Origin: Paramecium tetraurelia
Taxonomy: Eukaryota
Reading direction: 5' to 3'
NCBI GenBank assembly: GCA_000165425.1
Contig: CT868485.1
Span: 310,001-374,000, forward strand
DNA: 64,000 nucleotides
Of the stretch, positions 1 to 13,167 are shown piece after piece (position 1 is the stretch's first letter; each line of letters starts with the position of its first letter). The translations under genes were made by a program, and so were the position numbers. The notes below the pieces were generated by a model, which saw only the letters and a program-made list of their open reading frames with translations, had not been told where the DNA came from and did no database searches.

Positions 1-1305
1 TGTTATGCAAGGCATTATAGACTTTCTGACATCGAATAATCCATAAGCAGACTATTTAAGATAGAATTGCATTTTTAAAATCTTCCCTATGATGAATACT
101 GATGGGGTAGTCAATGGAAATTACAGGTGTGGTCTTGAAGGAGGTGATCTTAATAGAAGATGGAAGAAGCCCAACAAATATTTACATCCAAGTGTGTATT
201 ATGCGAAGAAATATGTAAAGGGATTTAGCAAGGAAAGGCAAATATTGTTGGTAGTTGATTTGCATGGTCATTCAAGAAAGTAATGAGGATTTATATCTTA
301 GACAATCATCATTTGTATATGGTTGCGCTTACTCATCCTAAGTAAAGACTATTGAAAGAGTATTTGCACTTTTGATGTCCAAGGTAAATCCATTCATGGA
401 TTATTCCTCTTGCACTTTCAGGGTTGAGAGTGCAAAGGATAAAACTGCCAGGATTCAAATTTGGAGAGAACTCAAAATCAACTGGGTCTATACTTATGAA
501 TGTAGTTTCTATGGTCAACAGAAGAAGCATTATTAGATAAAGGATTACTTGAATTGTGGAGTCAGTATATGCAATGCCTTGTCTCAAATAGTCAAGGACA
601 CTACGAAGGAATTCACTAATTAGTCTAATTAACCGGATATTTAGCAATAGATGTTGGAAGAATTGGGCAAGATGCCTCAGACTGATGACTAAGATATAGG
701 ATCAGATTCAAGTCAATCTGAGGCAGAATTATCAGATGATGAGTTGGTTTAATTGTTCCAACCCAAGACCTATTCAATCAAACAGAAAAAACCTTTTAAA
801 ATAATAGGAAACAAATAATAAAAAAAAACCATAATAACCGAATAGTAATTTAAAATCAACAATAGCTTCACAAAAAGCATCGATCTTGTAGGAGTCCCCC
901 TCCAAAAATTCAGAATAAAAACCGCCTATGAGTAGCCAAAAGCCGAAGAATCCTTTATATCGAATCCAAGCTCCATTGAGAGTACGATAATTAGACTAAG
1001 TAAAATAACCAGAGACACCCCTAATGGTTGACAAATCGGTTTAGACTGACGATTGGATGTATCGTTAGTGGCTGATTCAGATGGGAAAGCTAAAGAAACA
1101 GCAAGAGTTCCAGAGTTTTACACCAACTCGAAATATTTACAAGTCATCATCTCAATCAGTGACTAGATTTGTTGTCAAGAATTCCACGATGAAGAATGAT
1201 CGAGGCCGAGTCGACTCCATTTCCCTTATGGCATCCGGTTTGCAAAATAAACTAAGTAAAATGTAGTTAACAAATAAGTTTCTTCCAGTCAATAGCGCTA
1301 AATGA
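1..1305 (+). CDS. Cytosolic carboxypeptidase (M14, CCP/AGBL tubulin deglutamylase family), 5'-partial
   Basis: Code-6 translation FKIFPMMNTDGVVNGNYRC..G.DLNRRW, DLHGHSRK, YTYECSFYG. Intron of 22 nt at 280-301. Low-complexity tail ends at TGA 1303-1305 but needs a +1 shift at the A-run 820-828. Confidence 0.85.
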
Positions 1306-1908
1306 TGAGATACTCTGGTAGTAATTTTATGTCTTGAAATTGTTATTTATTAAATTATAGTTCTATTCTGTATTCCTCACATTCAACATTATCAATTATA
1401 ACATAATTATTTACAAATTATAATTGACTGACAGACAATTGAATGGCTCTGTTTCTTAAGATTTATTTGCAATGATTCATATAGTTATTTTCCACAGACA
1501 AACATTATTTATTACTATTTATGTGAAGGTAAATATTGTTAAGCTCCCTTTTAGTTAGTTAAATCTTTTTAGGGGCATTCTTCTTTGGAATTAAAATATA
1601 TTAGTTTAGAATAGATCCAAGTTTTATTCGGAATTTATTCTAATTTAAGTTATTATAATAATCACTTTTTCTCTAATTATCATTTTTAAATTAATTTTGT
1701 TTATCTTATACAAAATTAGATTAAATTAGATTAGATAAACATGTTAAATTTATGAAGAGAAGATAAACTATTAGGCTTAAAATAGATAGTAAAAATGAAA
1801 TTGAATAGTTTGACATATATTTATAATTTGTTACAATGAGAGAGGTTGTATATTTTAATTAAGAATAAATATTATTATTTTGATGATGATAATATGTGTG
1901 TATATATA

Positions 1909-3096
1909 TCACTCTAGATGAGCCCATAAATCTTCAAGATATGGCAACTTTCTTCCCCACATGAAGGAACAATGACCAGCATCGTAGAATTTAAGTTCTT
2001 TATTTGGTGCGTTTACCAAGGCTGAGAACAAGTGATTCACATCTTTTGGTGCAGCCAACAAGTCATCGTATCCAGCAATATAGAATATCCTAATTTATAA
2101 TACTTCAGAATTACTTAACATCGATGTTGGATAAGTCATATAAGGGAGCTTTCTTGGTTCCGTACTTCTTCAAGTTCTCCTTGTCTCCGTAATCATATCT
2201 CTTGAATTCTCCAGTTCTAGTGAATTATTACCAGTGTTTAAGATTCTTGACACTAGTACCAGCAGGAGAATGTCCAGCTAATACGTCATATCTGTCATAG
2301 TTGTCGAGAACTGGGTCTGCTGAAACAAATGACCCAATCAAATCTCCGCAAAGATTTTCCATGATTCCACAAACTACTCTGCCCACTTCTGAGGTGAGGA
2401 ATGAATCTCCAGGCATAAACTCATGTAATCCAAATGTTGCCAAAACTTCCAAGAAATTAGTGTCGAGCAGACGAACTAATGGAGAGTATTTGGTTGTAAC
2501 CCAAGCTACAGGTCCCATTCCAATGAATTATATCAGATTGTCTCTGACAACACTTTATTTGAAGAGAGATAAATGAATGTGCATTTAAGCTGTTCCTTAA
2601 GAATGTCCAATATATTGGATTTTTTGGCCAGTCTTGTTGACAATGTATTTAAATCCTGCAGGAAGATCATAGATAGCGAAATCTTCTAATGTGAAATCCC
2701 AGAATGACCAAAAGAAGGGATTCTTTTTAACGTGGGCTCTGCCATGTTTATTTCCTCTGTTGTTGCCTATTTAAATATATCTAAAATACCAAGCCACACA
2801 TCATAACCTTTATTAGCAATCAAGAAGGCAGGTGCTTTGTCTTCGTCATTGATTATGAATGTATCACTACTATCTAAGAGTCCATGTTGGAGAAGAACAA
2901 CTTTTTTGCCAGAAACCATTTTTGTTCCTTTAGCTTATACTCTAAAGTATGTTAGAAGATAACCATCTTCTGTTTAGATAACATGTTCTTCCACAGGATA
3001 ATTGAAGTATTTGCAGTACTTAACAAAGTCCATGTTACCTTCAGGATGTATTGTGCTCAATGCAAGATATGGTAGCAATAATAAAATAATCTTCAT
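1909..3096 (-). CDS. Secreted/lysosomal acid lipase (AB-hydrolase lipase family)
   Basis: Signal peptide MKIILLLLPYLALS; motifs TEDGYLL, LQHGLLDSSD, GYDVWLGNNRGN, nucleophile GHSQG (Q encoded by TAA) and His motif AGHCSFMWG. Introns 2767-2789 and 2090-2114. Confidence 0.92.
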
Positions 3097-3108
3097 TAAT
3101 AATATTAT

Positions 3109-3940
3109 TCAATTGCGTTCCCTCACTAAGTAATCTTTAATAAGTTCATTCATCTTCAAGAAAAGCAAGATCACATCCCAATAGATAATTACACTTCCTG
3201 ACACTTCATCTGCTTAATTGACATCGTATTGATCTCCTGAACTAAATAATCATATGATATTTTTACTTAACATTAGTGTAAGTGTCATAAATCAGGAGGA
3301 ATGCCAAAAGGAAAGCAAAGAGTGAAACACTAGACAACCAAAAGAGGGAAACTTCAGTAAAGATTGTGAAGATTTCAAAAATGAGGAGGATGCTAGCTGA
3401 TATAAATAGTATAGATCCCTAATAGGTGAGTCTTCTCTTGACTGTCAATGAATACATAAACAAGAAAAACACCATGCCTATATAGTAATTCTGAATGAAT
3501 ACTTGCAAGACTGCTGAAAACTAAAAGACCGATAACTGAGTCTCCCAAAGCCACTAAGGTACCGCAAACAACTGAAATAGAGAGTGTGAAGGTGACAAAC
3601 ACAACCCAATTCCATGGGAATGCTGCTACATCCTTTCTGAATATCAATGCCATTGTGGTTGTGCCTATTGAAATGAAGAGACAGAGCCAAAATAGCCATG
3701 GCTTACCCTCTAAATAGGAATCTAGAGAAGGGGAAGCATATACCCAATATATGAATAATGCTATCACTTTAATTCAAATAGTGTACATATAACGATCATT
3801 TGGATTAAGAGGTATTAGTATAATTTTCTTGAGTAAACCACTCTTGAATTGAATTGATTTTCAAAATTACATACTTCCCCCACCACATTCTATTGTATTT
3901 GTGATATCCTTCCTGTCTACTCCAATTGACTTTGGAACAT
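3109..3940 (-). CDS. Bax inhibitor-1 / TMBIM (lifeguard-like) multi-pass membrane protein
   Basis: RVVYSRKLY..LLIQ N-terminal motif, FPWNWVVF..FT, about 7 hydrophobic segments, YDT and WDVILLFL C-terminal motifs. Several tiny introns; exact junctions partly inferred. Confidence 0.8.
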
Positions 3941-3968
3941 AATAATTTATATATATTTATGTAATATA

Positions 3969-5362
3969 TCAATTTTTTTTGTAAACAATGTAACTACTCC
4001 TAAATATGAACAGAATCTCCTCATCATTGATGCGCAGCACTTTATTAGGAGTATCACAATTGAACACTCTTCTCTTCTTGTTTATCAAATCGTACAGCAC
4101 AACCTTTTCGCCAACCAACACCACTTACGGAGTGTCATTCAAGAGATCCATAGAAACCATCTTAGCAACATTGAAGTCTATCTCATAAGTAGATTTGATC
4201 TATCCAAATTCGACATCCCATATATTAAGAGTCTAAGATGTTAGTGTGATCAAATAATTGGCATTTTAGGAAGAACACCAACAAAATTGTAGAATTTTCT
4301 GATCATCTGTAATTTCGAACACATACTCATCATTTTACAAGGTCCATATCTTTATGATATTTAAGGTGCTTGAGAAGGAGGCTAATAAGGTTTTCCTTTT
4401 GTTGAATTCAATCAAGGTGGTTTCTAATTCGGCTTTTAATTATAATTGTGGTTTGTCAATATCAATCTGCATTAAATTTATGTAATAATTAAGATCCATC
4501 ACGATGAAGTGATCAAAATGTCTCCACTCAAAATGAATCACATTTTCTAAGTACTTCAAAGTTTGGCATTTATATATGTCCACTATCTAATGATATCTAT
4601 TTATATATATACTTCGACATCCTTTTCAAAAATGAGAGCAACCACGTTAGGCCAATTAAGATTCCAATGAAAGTCCATTAATTTGCTTGCATTTTTGATG
4701 TTGAACATTTTAATGATTTGAATTGTAGTATCTATCACTTTCGCAGCGCCATTTTCATATACTATTAACATATTGTTGCCGCTCGATCTATCGAACTTCA
4801 TTAATTTGACTCTGGAAAAGCATTCGCCTACAACTGTTGGCATTATTTGTAGTATTTGATTGTTTTGAATCAATTTAATGCAATTGAGTTGATATATTGC
4901 CAAAATGTTTTTTTGTGCATTCCAATCACTCAATAAGATCTCGTCCTGTAATTGTATTATATCCTATTATAATTCAACATTCAAATCCATTGTTTGTCCA
5001 TTGCGAGACACAAATTCCTGACTCCTCATCAATGCATTCTGAATCATTATTTCACGATCTCGTCTCTCCTACTTCTCAGCCAATTGCTTTTTCTCTGTGA
5101 ATTAACAAACATGCTTTTGTATTAGTAATTAGGGCACTTTGCATTCATAATATTAATTGATCTAAATATGGTCCTGCAATTGCTAAAATAACAAAGCCTT
5201 CTCCAATAAATTAATTAGTTGACCCGGCTTAACATCATCACGATAAAGTAGTTAATCTATTTTCACTTCGTTAATCAAAGCAAAAGCACTGTGTGAGTAA
5301 CCTTATTCCAAAAAGTAGGTATATATTAGATAATTAAGTTCTTCTGTCTTAATTACAATCAT
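3969..5362 (-). CDS. LisH + degenerate WD40 protein, TBL1/Sif2/HOS15-like
   Basis: N-terminus EELNYLIYTYFLEQGYSHSAFAL...VKPGQLINLLEKAL matches the TBL1-type LisH; beta-strand-rich C-terminus with WD-like ends. One 26-nt intron near 4587-4612 restores frame. Confidence 0.7.
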
Positions 5363-5380
5363 TAATAAATAAAATAAAAT

Positions 5381-7672
5381 TCATTTTTTCTTTGCAATCT
5401 CATGTAATATCTCTCTTCTCGTTACTGGATTCTCCCTATCATAATCAGTATTAAAGTATTCTTCAGCCTCATAATAAGTTTAGACTTCATCCTTCTATTC
5501 AAGTGGAAATAAAACACTAGAAATGTCTTCCATAGGCAGTAAAATGTACACTACTCCAATTATGATTATAATAAAGTCTTACCATTTGACTTCCCCAAAC
5601 AATATACTCGATACTACAGTGTTGCCAATCCCTGTAAATATTATGATCAACTCCAACATCTCTATCATCTCAATACTCAAATGCTTTGATAACGATTCTT
5701 TGATTGTTCTCCTCCTTAGTACATTATATTTATCAACAAAATAGTACAATGTTAAACCCATAATACTGAACAATATGCCTAAAGGTATGATATCTCCATA
5801 AAAAAATGTGAACCACATTGTCTTCATTATGTCACCATATCTTTTGGCCTAAGAATAATCAGGCATTTCCATAATTTCATTTGCCTCTTGTTAAGTCAAC
5901 ACACAATTCTTTACATTCTTCTATTATTTCTATCTTTGATAATCCTTCTAGATACTCCAAGGGTCCACAAACCAAACAATAGGTGGAATAAATGCATTAA
6001 GCAAGAATACATTAGATTCATTATAAATGAAGCCACCTTTCCCAATTACGTTCCCAGTCAAATAGAAATCTATCACCAATGATATTAAAGCAGTATTAAT
6101 AAACAAAGCAACTGACTGTTTTCTAGCAAAACTGATATTGAATTTAGTCTTATTGGATATTTTCTCCAAATCAACTATTAAATGATACACCTTTCCAATA
6201 ACAAACTTATTAAAAAATACAACAGTCCAAGAAATTGACTAACTAGTTAAAAAGGCTATAGTCTAAGTTAAAGAGTCCTTAATCCCCTTTTTCTCCTATT
6301 CTTCCACTTACTCATTCATTCTCTCTGCCAACTCACTCAAAAACCAAATTAAAAAGAAACAACCAGCCATAAAACTTATAGATATAGACCATGCAATTAC
6401 ACGTGCTTTCACCTTTTATCCTGTTTAGATATGGATGAACTCCCAATCAACATCATTAGGCTCTGGTGCTTCCTCTACATACAATTTGTGTCCCTCAAAA
6501 ATCAAACCCTTTTCTTTTACATCTCCTGTCAATCCATTATTAAAGAATGCCTTAATTCTCTCCCATGAAGTGTGAGGATTGTGTTACAACACCAACTACT
6601 TCATTTCCTCAGTCAAAAAACTTATAAATGCTATTCCTGCGAATTTTTCTTTGTTTATAAAAAGCTCATGTTCTTTTTGATGAATCTTTTATTCCAAAGA
6701 CTCTAATTTCTCATCCAACTATTTAACTTTGAAATCTGTAAAATTCATGCCATTCTCCAATAGATACTCCTATTTCTCTCTTATCATCTCCTTCAATGCT
6801 TCCTCCAATTCAATTACTTCATCCAAATTATACACCAACACAATCTTAGTAACTGATAACTCCCTTCCATCAGCTGCATAATTCTAAAAGATATTCTTCA
6901 ACACTTCCTTGTAATCCTCATTTAACTTTGGAATATTCTTAACACAAATAGTATAATCTGATGGAGTTAATTATGATTCATCTACTTCTATGTCTATGCT
7001 TCTTTGGGCCTTCCTGAAGAACAGAAATGAAACCATATTGGCAAACACAACAACAAGGGATAAGTTTGATTACAAATTTCTAATATCCTCTCTATCATAT
7101 ACATTAGCCAAACTCACAAAATGCCACAAAGACCCACCACATATTGAATTATCGGATTTATGCTTATGGTGATGCTACTAGTTCAAATGATCATGAATAG
7201 AGTGGTGTGCTTGCTCTTATATTTTAATCTTATCTTAATTATAACAATAATCGCCCATCAAATCTGTAGCCAAACAAAACATCCCTTTCAATAACCAAAA
7301 TTCTACTAAGATGAATATACAGTATTTTATAAACATATAAAACAATGGAAATCCAGATCCCAAGAATTTCATCTCTAATGGATCGCAATCATATTCTAAA
7401 TCAGTTCTCTCTATTGAATACCCACAACAAGGGCATGTTGATTAATTCTCAACTTCCAATTCTCTTGCCACCCTTCTTGCTTTAGCATGATTCTCAGCCA
7501 AGACCCAATCACAAGGTATAACCAAAGGATTATAGTGATGAGATGCATGACTCTTATGATGTACTTTTTGACCACCTTTTTCACTTCTACTTTTTTAATG
7601 TTCTGATAAGGCTCTACTTGGCCTTTAAGATTCTTGTTGATGAAATGAATTTTGAATAAAACGACTTGCCAT
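5381..7672 (-). CDS. OSCA/TMEM63 (CSC1/DUF221)-family membrane channel
   Basis: Intronless 764-codon frame; motifs LGSGFPLFY, TPSDYTICVKNIP, GIAFISF, APEPNDVDW and YFVDKYNVL; multiple TM segments. Confidence 0.8.
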
Positions 7673-8001
7673 TTCAAAATTAACTTATAATATAATATAA
7701 TTTATACTAATCCACTTTAATTCTAATTATTACAAATTTACTATTGTAACTAAGTCTAAATCTAATTATGAATAAGACAGAACAAGCTTTTCAAATTTCA
7801 CTTTTATTTACAACAATTGTTAATAAATAAATATGGAGATTAAATAAATTTAATTTATATTTAATTAATTAAATAGATCTATGAACTATCTTCCGATGCT
7901 TCCAAATTTAGAAGATTTAAAATACTTTTAAATACAACTCACAGAAATACAATTCACTCTTTATAAATAACATAAATATTATCAATATTTCCAAAAGTAA
8001 T

Positions 8002-9304
8002 TCACTTGAGTAAATTCTACATACATGATTTGGGTGTTAACCTTTTATAGAGTTTCTCTGAATGGATGCTACTGAGTTGTTATTTTTCAATTTGATGTAG
8101 GATATCCTCTTTTGTTTTTCTGATAGAATTTTCAAAAGTCTATAATCCCTTTGAAGTGGTAGGCATTTCTGAAAGTGGAATACTCAATTGGTGATTACTT
8201 TGGATCTACCCTCTAACCCACTTGTGTTACTTTATTTCCTTCAAAGTTATTCTACACTCATGATCAGGATTGAACAAATCAGTTAATAAGCTGACTAATT
8301 CCCAACTCACCTATTTGGGAATATTGTAATTCCCCTCACTGATATTCAGCAGTATGTCTGTATTCTCCTCACCTTTGAAAGGATATTCGGCGAACACTAA
8401 ATAATATAGAATGACTCCCAAGGCCCAGATATCAACTGAAAAATTGACAGTCTTCAATTTCCCAAAGACGATTTCAGGGGAGGCGTAAAGAACTGTCCCA
8501 ACATTTAAAGGTTCATCAAATGGAATACCTGTGCCAGACAAATAAGCCAAACCAAAGTCTATAATTTTAATCTATAATATTTATTTATATTAAATACTCG
8601 CAAATCGGTATTGTCACAAAGAAGTATGTTGTCCAACTTCAAATCTCTATGAATTACATTGTTTTTGTGACAGTAAGAGATGCCATCCAAAATCTGATTA
8701 AAAAAAATGCGAGCAGTTGGTTCGTCTAAAGCACCATGATCTAAGATTAAACACAAATTCTACCTAACACATAATCCAACAAGGACCCTCCTTTCAAGTA
8801 TTCCAATTCCAACACTGCCTCTGACCTCTCTGGGAACAACTTATATTTATGGAGTTTGACTATATTTCGATGTTTTAATTATTCCAATATCACTGCCTCC
8901 CGAGCAATATACAAGTATTAATTCTCCTAGCCTTCACTTATAAACTTGAGAGCTCGCTCCTCACAAGTAGTTTTATGGGAAATCAACATTACCGTCGCCT
9001 AACCACCTTTGCACAGGACTGATATAGGATTATATTCAAACAAGACAAATCGACCATCCAAACACTTACCATTGGTTGTTATATAGATTTTGTTCCCATT
9101 CTTGAGGTATTTAAGATCTTCATCGAACAATTCTTAGCATTTATGGTCAAAAAGTCTAATTTTCTTAAAAGACAGCTTCCTACTAACTAACTTAATTAGA
9201 CTATCAAGTGAATTCGCTTATGCCAAACTGACTTACATAGGATTCTGACCATATTGATATACTGTGACCGTATTAATTGGGGTTGATGAGTTAGATTAGT
9301 TCAT
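8002..9304 (-). CDS. Ser/Thr protein kinase (CAMK group, AMPK/MARK-like) with N-terminal ubiquitin-like/DCX-like segment
   Basis: [47 protein letters not shown]. Two tiny introns near 8742-8764 and 8572-8597. Confidence 0.9.
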
Positions 9305-10000
9305 TGATATACAATTTTACATTTCGCGTTTAAATTATTACTAAAACAATCAATTTCGATTTAAATACTTATATTATCAAAGAATCAATTTTAAGTTAAC
9401 GACATTAAATGATAAACTATTTCCAAATAATATTCTCCTTTCTCACTTTTTTTTTACTTAAATATAGAATTACCATATAACTAAACCAACTTGTATGTTT
9501 AGTATTTTCCCTATATATTCCCTTTTTTTAAATTTATAAAATCTTTCTGATTATTGCTGGAATTTATAATCAAATTTAAATTCATCAAGTTCAGAGTTTC
9601 ATAACCAATGGAATACTACCCTGTAATTAAGTAAATATGAATCTGATTCTATTTAAGTTACACGCATAAGATGTTCTTATCAAAATGATATGCTTATTTC
9701 TATAATTATTAAAAATAAATGATATCTTATGCTTTTAAACATCTTATGAAAAGCAATAATAAAATTCAATGAAAAAATATATATTAATCTGAGAATTAGT
9801 ATCATAATAAGAAATAATCATCCTTTATGTGCAGACAGTCGAGAATGAAGTAACCTCCTTAGAATTGTATATAATCCCTATTCAAGGAGACACTACTGAA
9901 AATTTCCAATTTATGTTTATTCATAATTGTATTTGCCTTCAAACAAATATCTGATTAATTAACAAAGCTTTGTCTTATTAATTTAATTCGTTTTTGATTT

Positions 10001-11459
10001 ATGAGATTTGTTCATATCTGCTTAATTATAGCTATTGCAAGTGCAACAAAATTCTTAGATGAAACCACAGTTTTTGGATAGGAAGCAGAAGTTTAAATTT
10101 CATATGATCAACCTACATCGCTGTTCACAGAAGATTAATTGGCTCAAAATACAGAGTAGGGGATGAATAAAAATGAACCCTTCGACTACTAATCAGAATA
10201 GATATCCCCATTACAAAGCACTGAACAATAACAAATTTTATTAGCCTATGAAAAGGATCTCTTACCATAAGGAGACTGTGTAATTTTATACGCTGAATGC
10301 CAATTCAAAGGGACCTCAAAACAAGTTTGCAAAGGAGTAGAAGAAGTGATGAGTTTTTCCCTTCCTGTGTATTCAATCTATGTTCCTGAATTGTATACTA
10401 AATATGTATTAATAGATAACAATTTTCAACTATTGATGTGAATAGTAATTCCTAAGTTACTTTTTTAACCAGTGACAAGTGTTTAAATTCACCTATTGTT
10501 ATGGCTGATACTCAATTAGATTTTTTCATCGCAAAGTCAATGTCAAATTGGATTGGAGAAAATACAGGTATCATTATTTTCAAACTATTTAAGTAATAAC
10601 TTAATTGATTCAATAAGAGGAGGTAGAAAACTAAGAAACAGCAAGTCAATAGGTTGAACAATAAGAAAATGTATCAGAATAGGTTGATTAATAAGTTTAA
10701 GAATCAGCAGATGTTAATGCTGAATAATAAGCTGATTAAGCATAAGCAGAATAGTAAGTTGATCAATCATAAGCAGAATAATAAGTGGATTAAACATAAG
10801 CAGAATAATAAGTAGATTAAACATAAGCAGAATCATAAGTTGATTAAACCTAAACAGAATCATCAGTAGATTAAACATAAACAGAATAATAAGTTGATTA
10901 AACCTAAACTGAATAATAAGTTGATCAATCATAAACAGAACAATAAGTTGATTAATAGTAAGAGGCTTAAGCTTAAGAGTAATAATCAACCGATAATGAA
11001 TAACAATCAGCATAAGAACCAACCTAATAAAATGTAGAAGTATAATAATCCCCAGAATAGAATAATCAATCAGAAAATTAATAGGAATAAGCATAAGAAA
11101 CTACATCTACTGAATAAAATTAAGAAAATTAAACATAATAAGCAGATTAAACTTAGGAATAAGTAGAATAACAATCAGAGGCAGATGTACAAAATGAGGA
11201 ATTATAACAAAAGGAAATGGAGGAAGTTGTAGAAACTGTTGCAGAAATTGTATAATAAGTAGAAGATAAATAAGAGGTTGAATTAGAAACTGAAAAGGAG
11301 TAATTGAAATAAGAAGAGGAAGCCTAATAATAATAATAAACATAATAATAAACAGAATAATCTGTTGATGATATTCCATAAAATTAAGAACCACCCTAAT
11401 AGTATTCCTAATCTGAAACAGCAGAACCACTTGTAGGATAATCATAATATACAAAATGA
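10001..11459 (+). CDS. Secreted protein with beta-gamma-crystallin-like motif and long Q/E-rich repeat tail
   Basis: Signal peptide MRFVHICLIIAIASA; CVILYAECQFKG..KQVC; introns 10393-10415 and 10568-10593; acidic Q/E repeats to TGA 11457-11459. Confidence 0.75.
10719..10961 (+). repeat. Coding tandem repeat, 9 x 27 nt, encoding [A/T]EQQVDQ[T/S]Q
   Basis: Units such as gcagaataataagttgattaaacataa read directly in register. Confidence 0.9.
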
Positions 11460-13167
11460 TTGTAATCATTATTAAAATTAACATTATAATATATCTAGGA
11501 GTAATATTTAAAATCCAAATTGCAATATAAAAATAATTCTCAAATGTTTTTAGATAAATAGTTTATCTAATTATATCAAAATTCTAAGGGGTAAATAATT
11601 ATACCAAATTATTATGATCCCTAGTGCAATTAATGAGATAATTAATAAACAAAAGCAGGTTATGTATTTATTATTTGGTAGAGATTGATTCTTCATATTC
11701 ATAGAAAATCAATCTTATCTTTTTATGCTTGCTTTTAATCCAATCTTGAGTTAAAATAATCTAATTTCTTTTTTTTTGACAAATTTTCAGCTAAAAAGAT
11801 AAAAATATATTTAAATTGATATGAGGTTTGAAAATTTAAGAAAATATTATAAAGCTTTCTCATACTTCTCTTTTGATTTTTCTTAAACTTTATTCTATTA
11901 GGTCAATCAAATATATTTTAATATGAATAAAAGAGAATTTTGTATTGGTTTAAAGCAAAATACTATCATCAAATGCTAATTATTTATTATCAATATTTAA
12001 AAATAAAAATATCTAAATTAAATTATCTTTTAAAAATTGTCCTTCATTGACTTTATTGCTATTATTGTTATTTTGCCAATAAATTTTAATTTTAAATCGT
12101 TTGTTCAGATCAAGTTTTATTCATCAAAATTGAAGTAAATTGAGAATAATACTAAGTAGCATTTTTTTTTTTAAAAAAATAGATGAATGGAATTCCTATC
12201 TTGTTATTATATAAGGCTACAATATCCCTAGACTACTTATGGAAATTTCCTTAACTTGCCTATTTAGTTATCAAAAACTGATAATTAATATTATTTAACT
12301 AATTAATACTTGGTGGATAAACTAGCAAATAGAAAAACAAGAAGTCTTTTATTTCTATTTAATATGTGATTCATGCCAATTAAATAAAGTTAACAAAAGA
12401 ATTTAAAAGTTTATAATTGTTTAATTTAAGCAAAAAAAATATCCAAATTTTTAATTCTATCTCTATCTACAGCTTTCTCTAAACATCCAAGTTATAAAAT
12501 TAGTTATCTAAAATGCAATTTCTCCTATAATTTCAGGAACTAGAATAACATATTATTATTTAATGTTTAAGTTTTCTGTTATCAAATAGTGTCAGATAAC
12601 CTCACTCTTTGGGAAGCTACCATTTTATATCCCACATTAATAAATGAAGTTAATGATAAGCAAAAGTAAAATACTATAATTTCATGTTACATTTTATGAT
12701 TTTTAGCTAATTAATAATTCATCTATAATGGAAATACTTTAGAAACTCCTCATATTATATTTATTTTAAAAAGCATTAACATAATCTATTCTTTATAATA
12801 TCAAAATTACTTTTAACTTGAGAATAATCTATACTTACATTAAATTAGAAGCTTATATGTCGCAATATTAATAAAATTTTCAAATCATTAGTAAATTTCT
12901 CAAAGTTTCACAACAAACACTTTTCATGTTTTAGTTAAAGTATTAATGATTTGATATCCAAATATTTTCTAGTTAGGTATATCGTTGGTCAAATAAAAGT
13001 CAAGTGAAATCATTTATCTCACTGTTTGTATAATTTAGTTGACAAATAAAAGTTGAATATATCTCTAAATTTCTAAGAGTCTGCAATTGTTAATCCCAAC
13101 ATTTCAATTTTGCTTAAGCCAAAATTTATGATATAGGTTAATTCATTTAATTAATTAAATTAATAAA

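Noticed and set aside
10714..11484. Minus-strand hydrophobic ORFs (126 and 125 aa) in the ORF track, and a CRISPR-like appearance of the 27-nt repeat
   Set aside because: They are antisense shadows of the + strand Q/E repeat. The units are contiguous with no unique spacers, and there are no cas genes.
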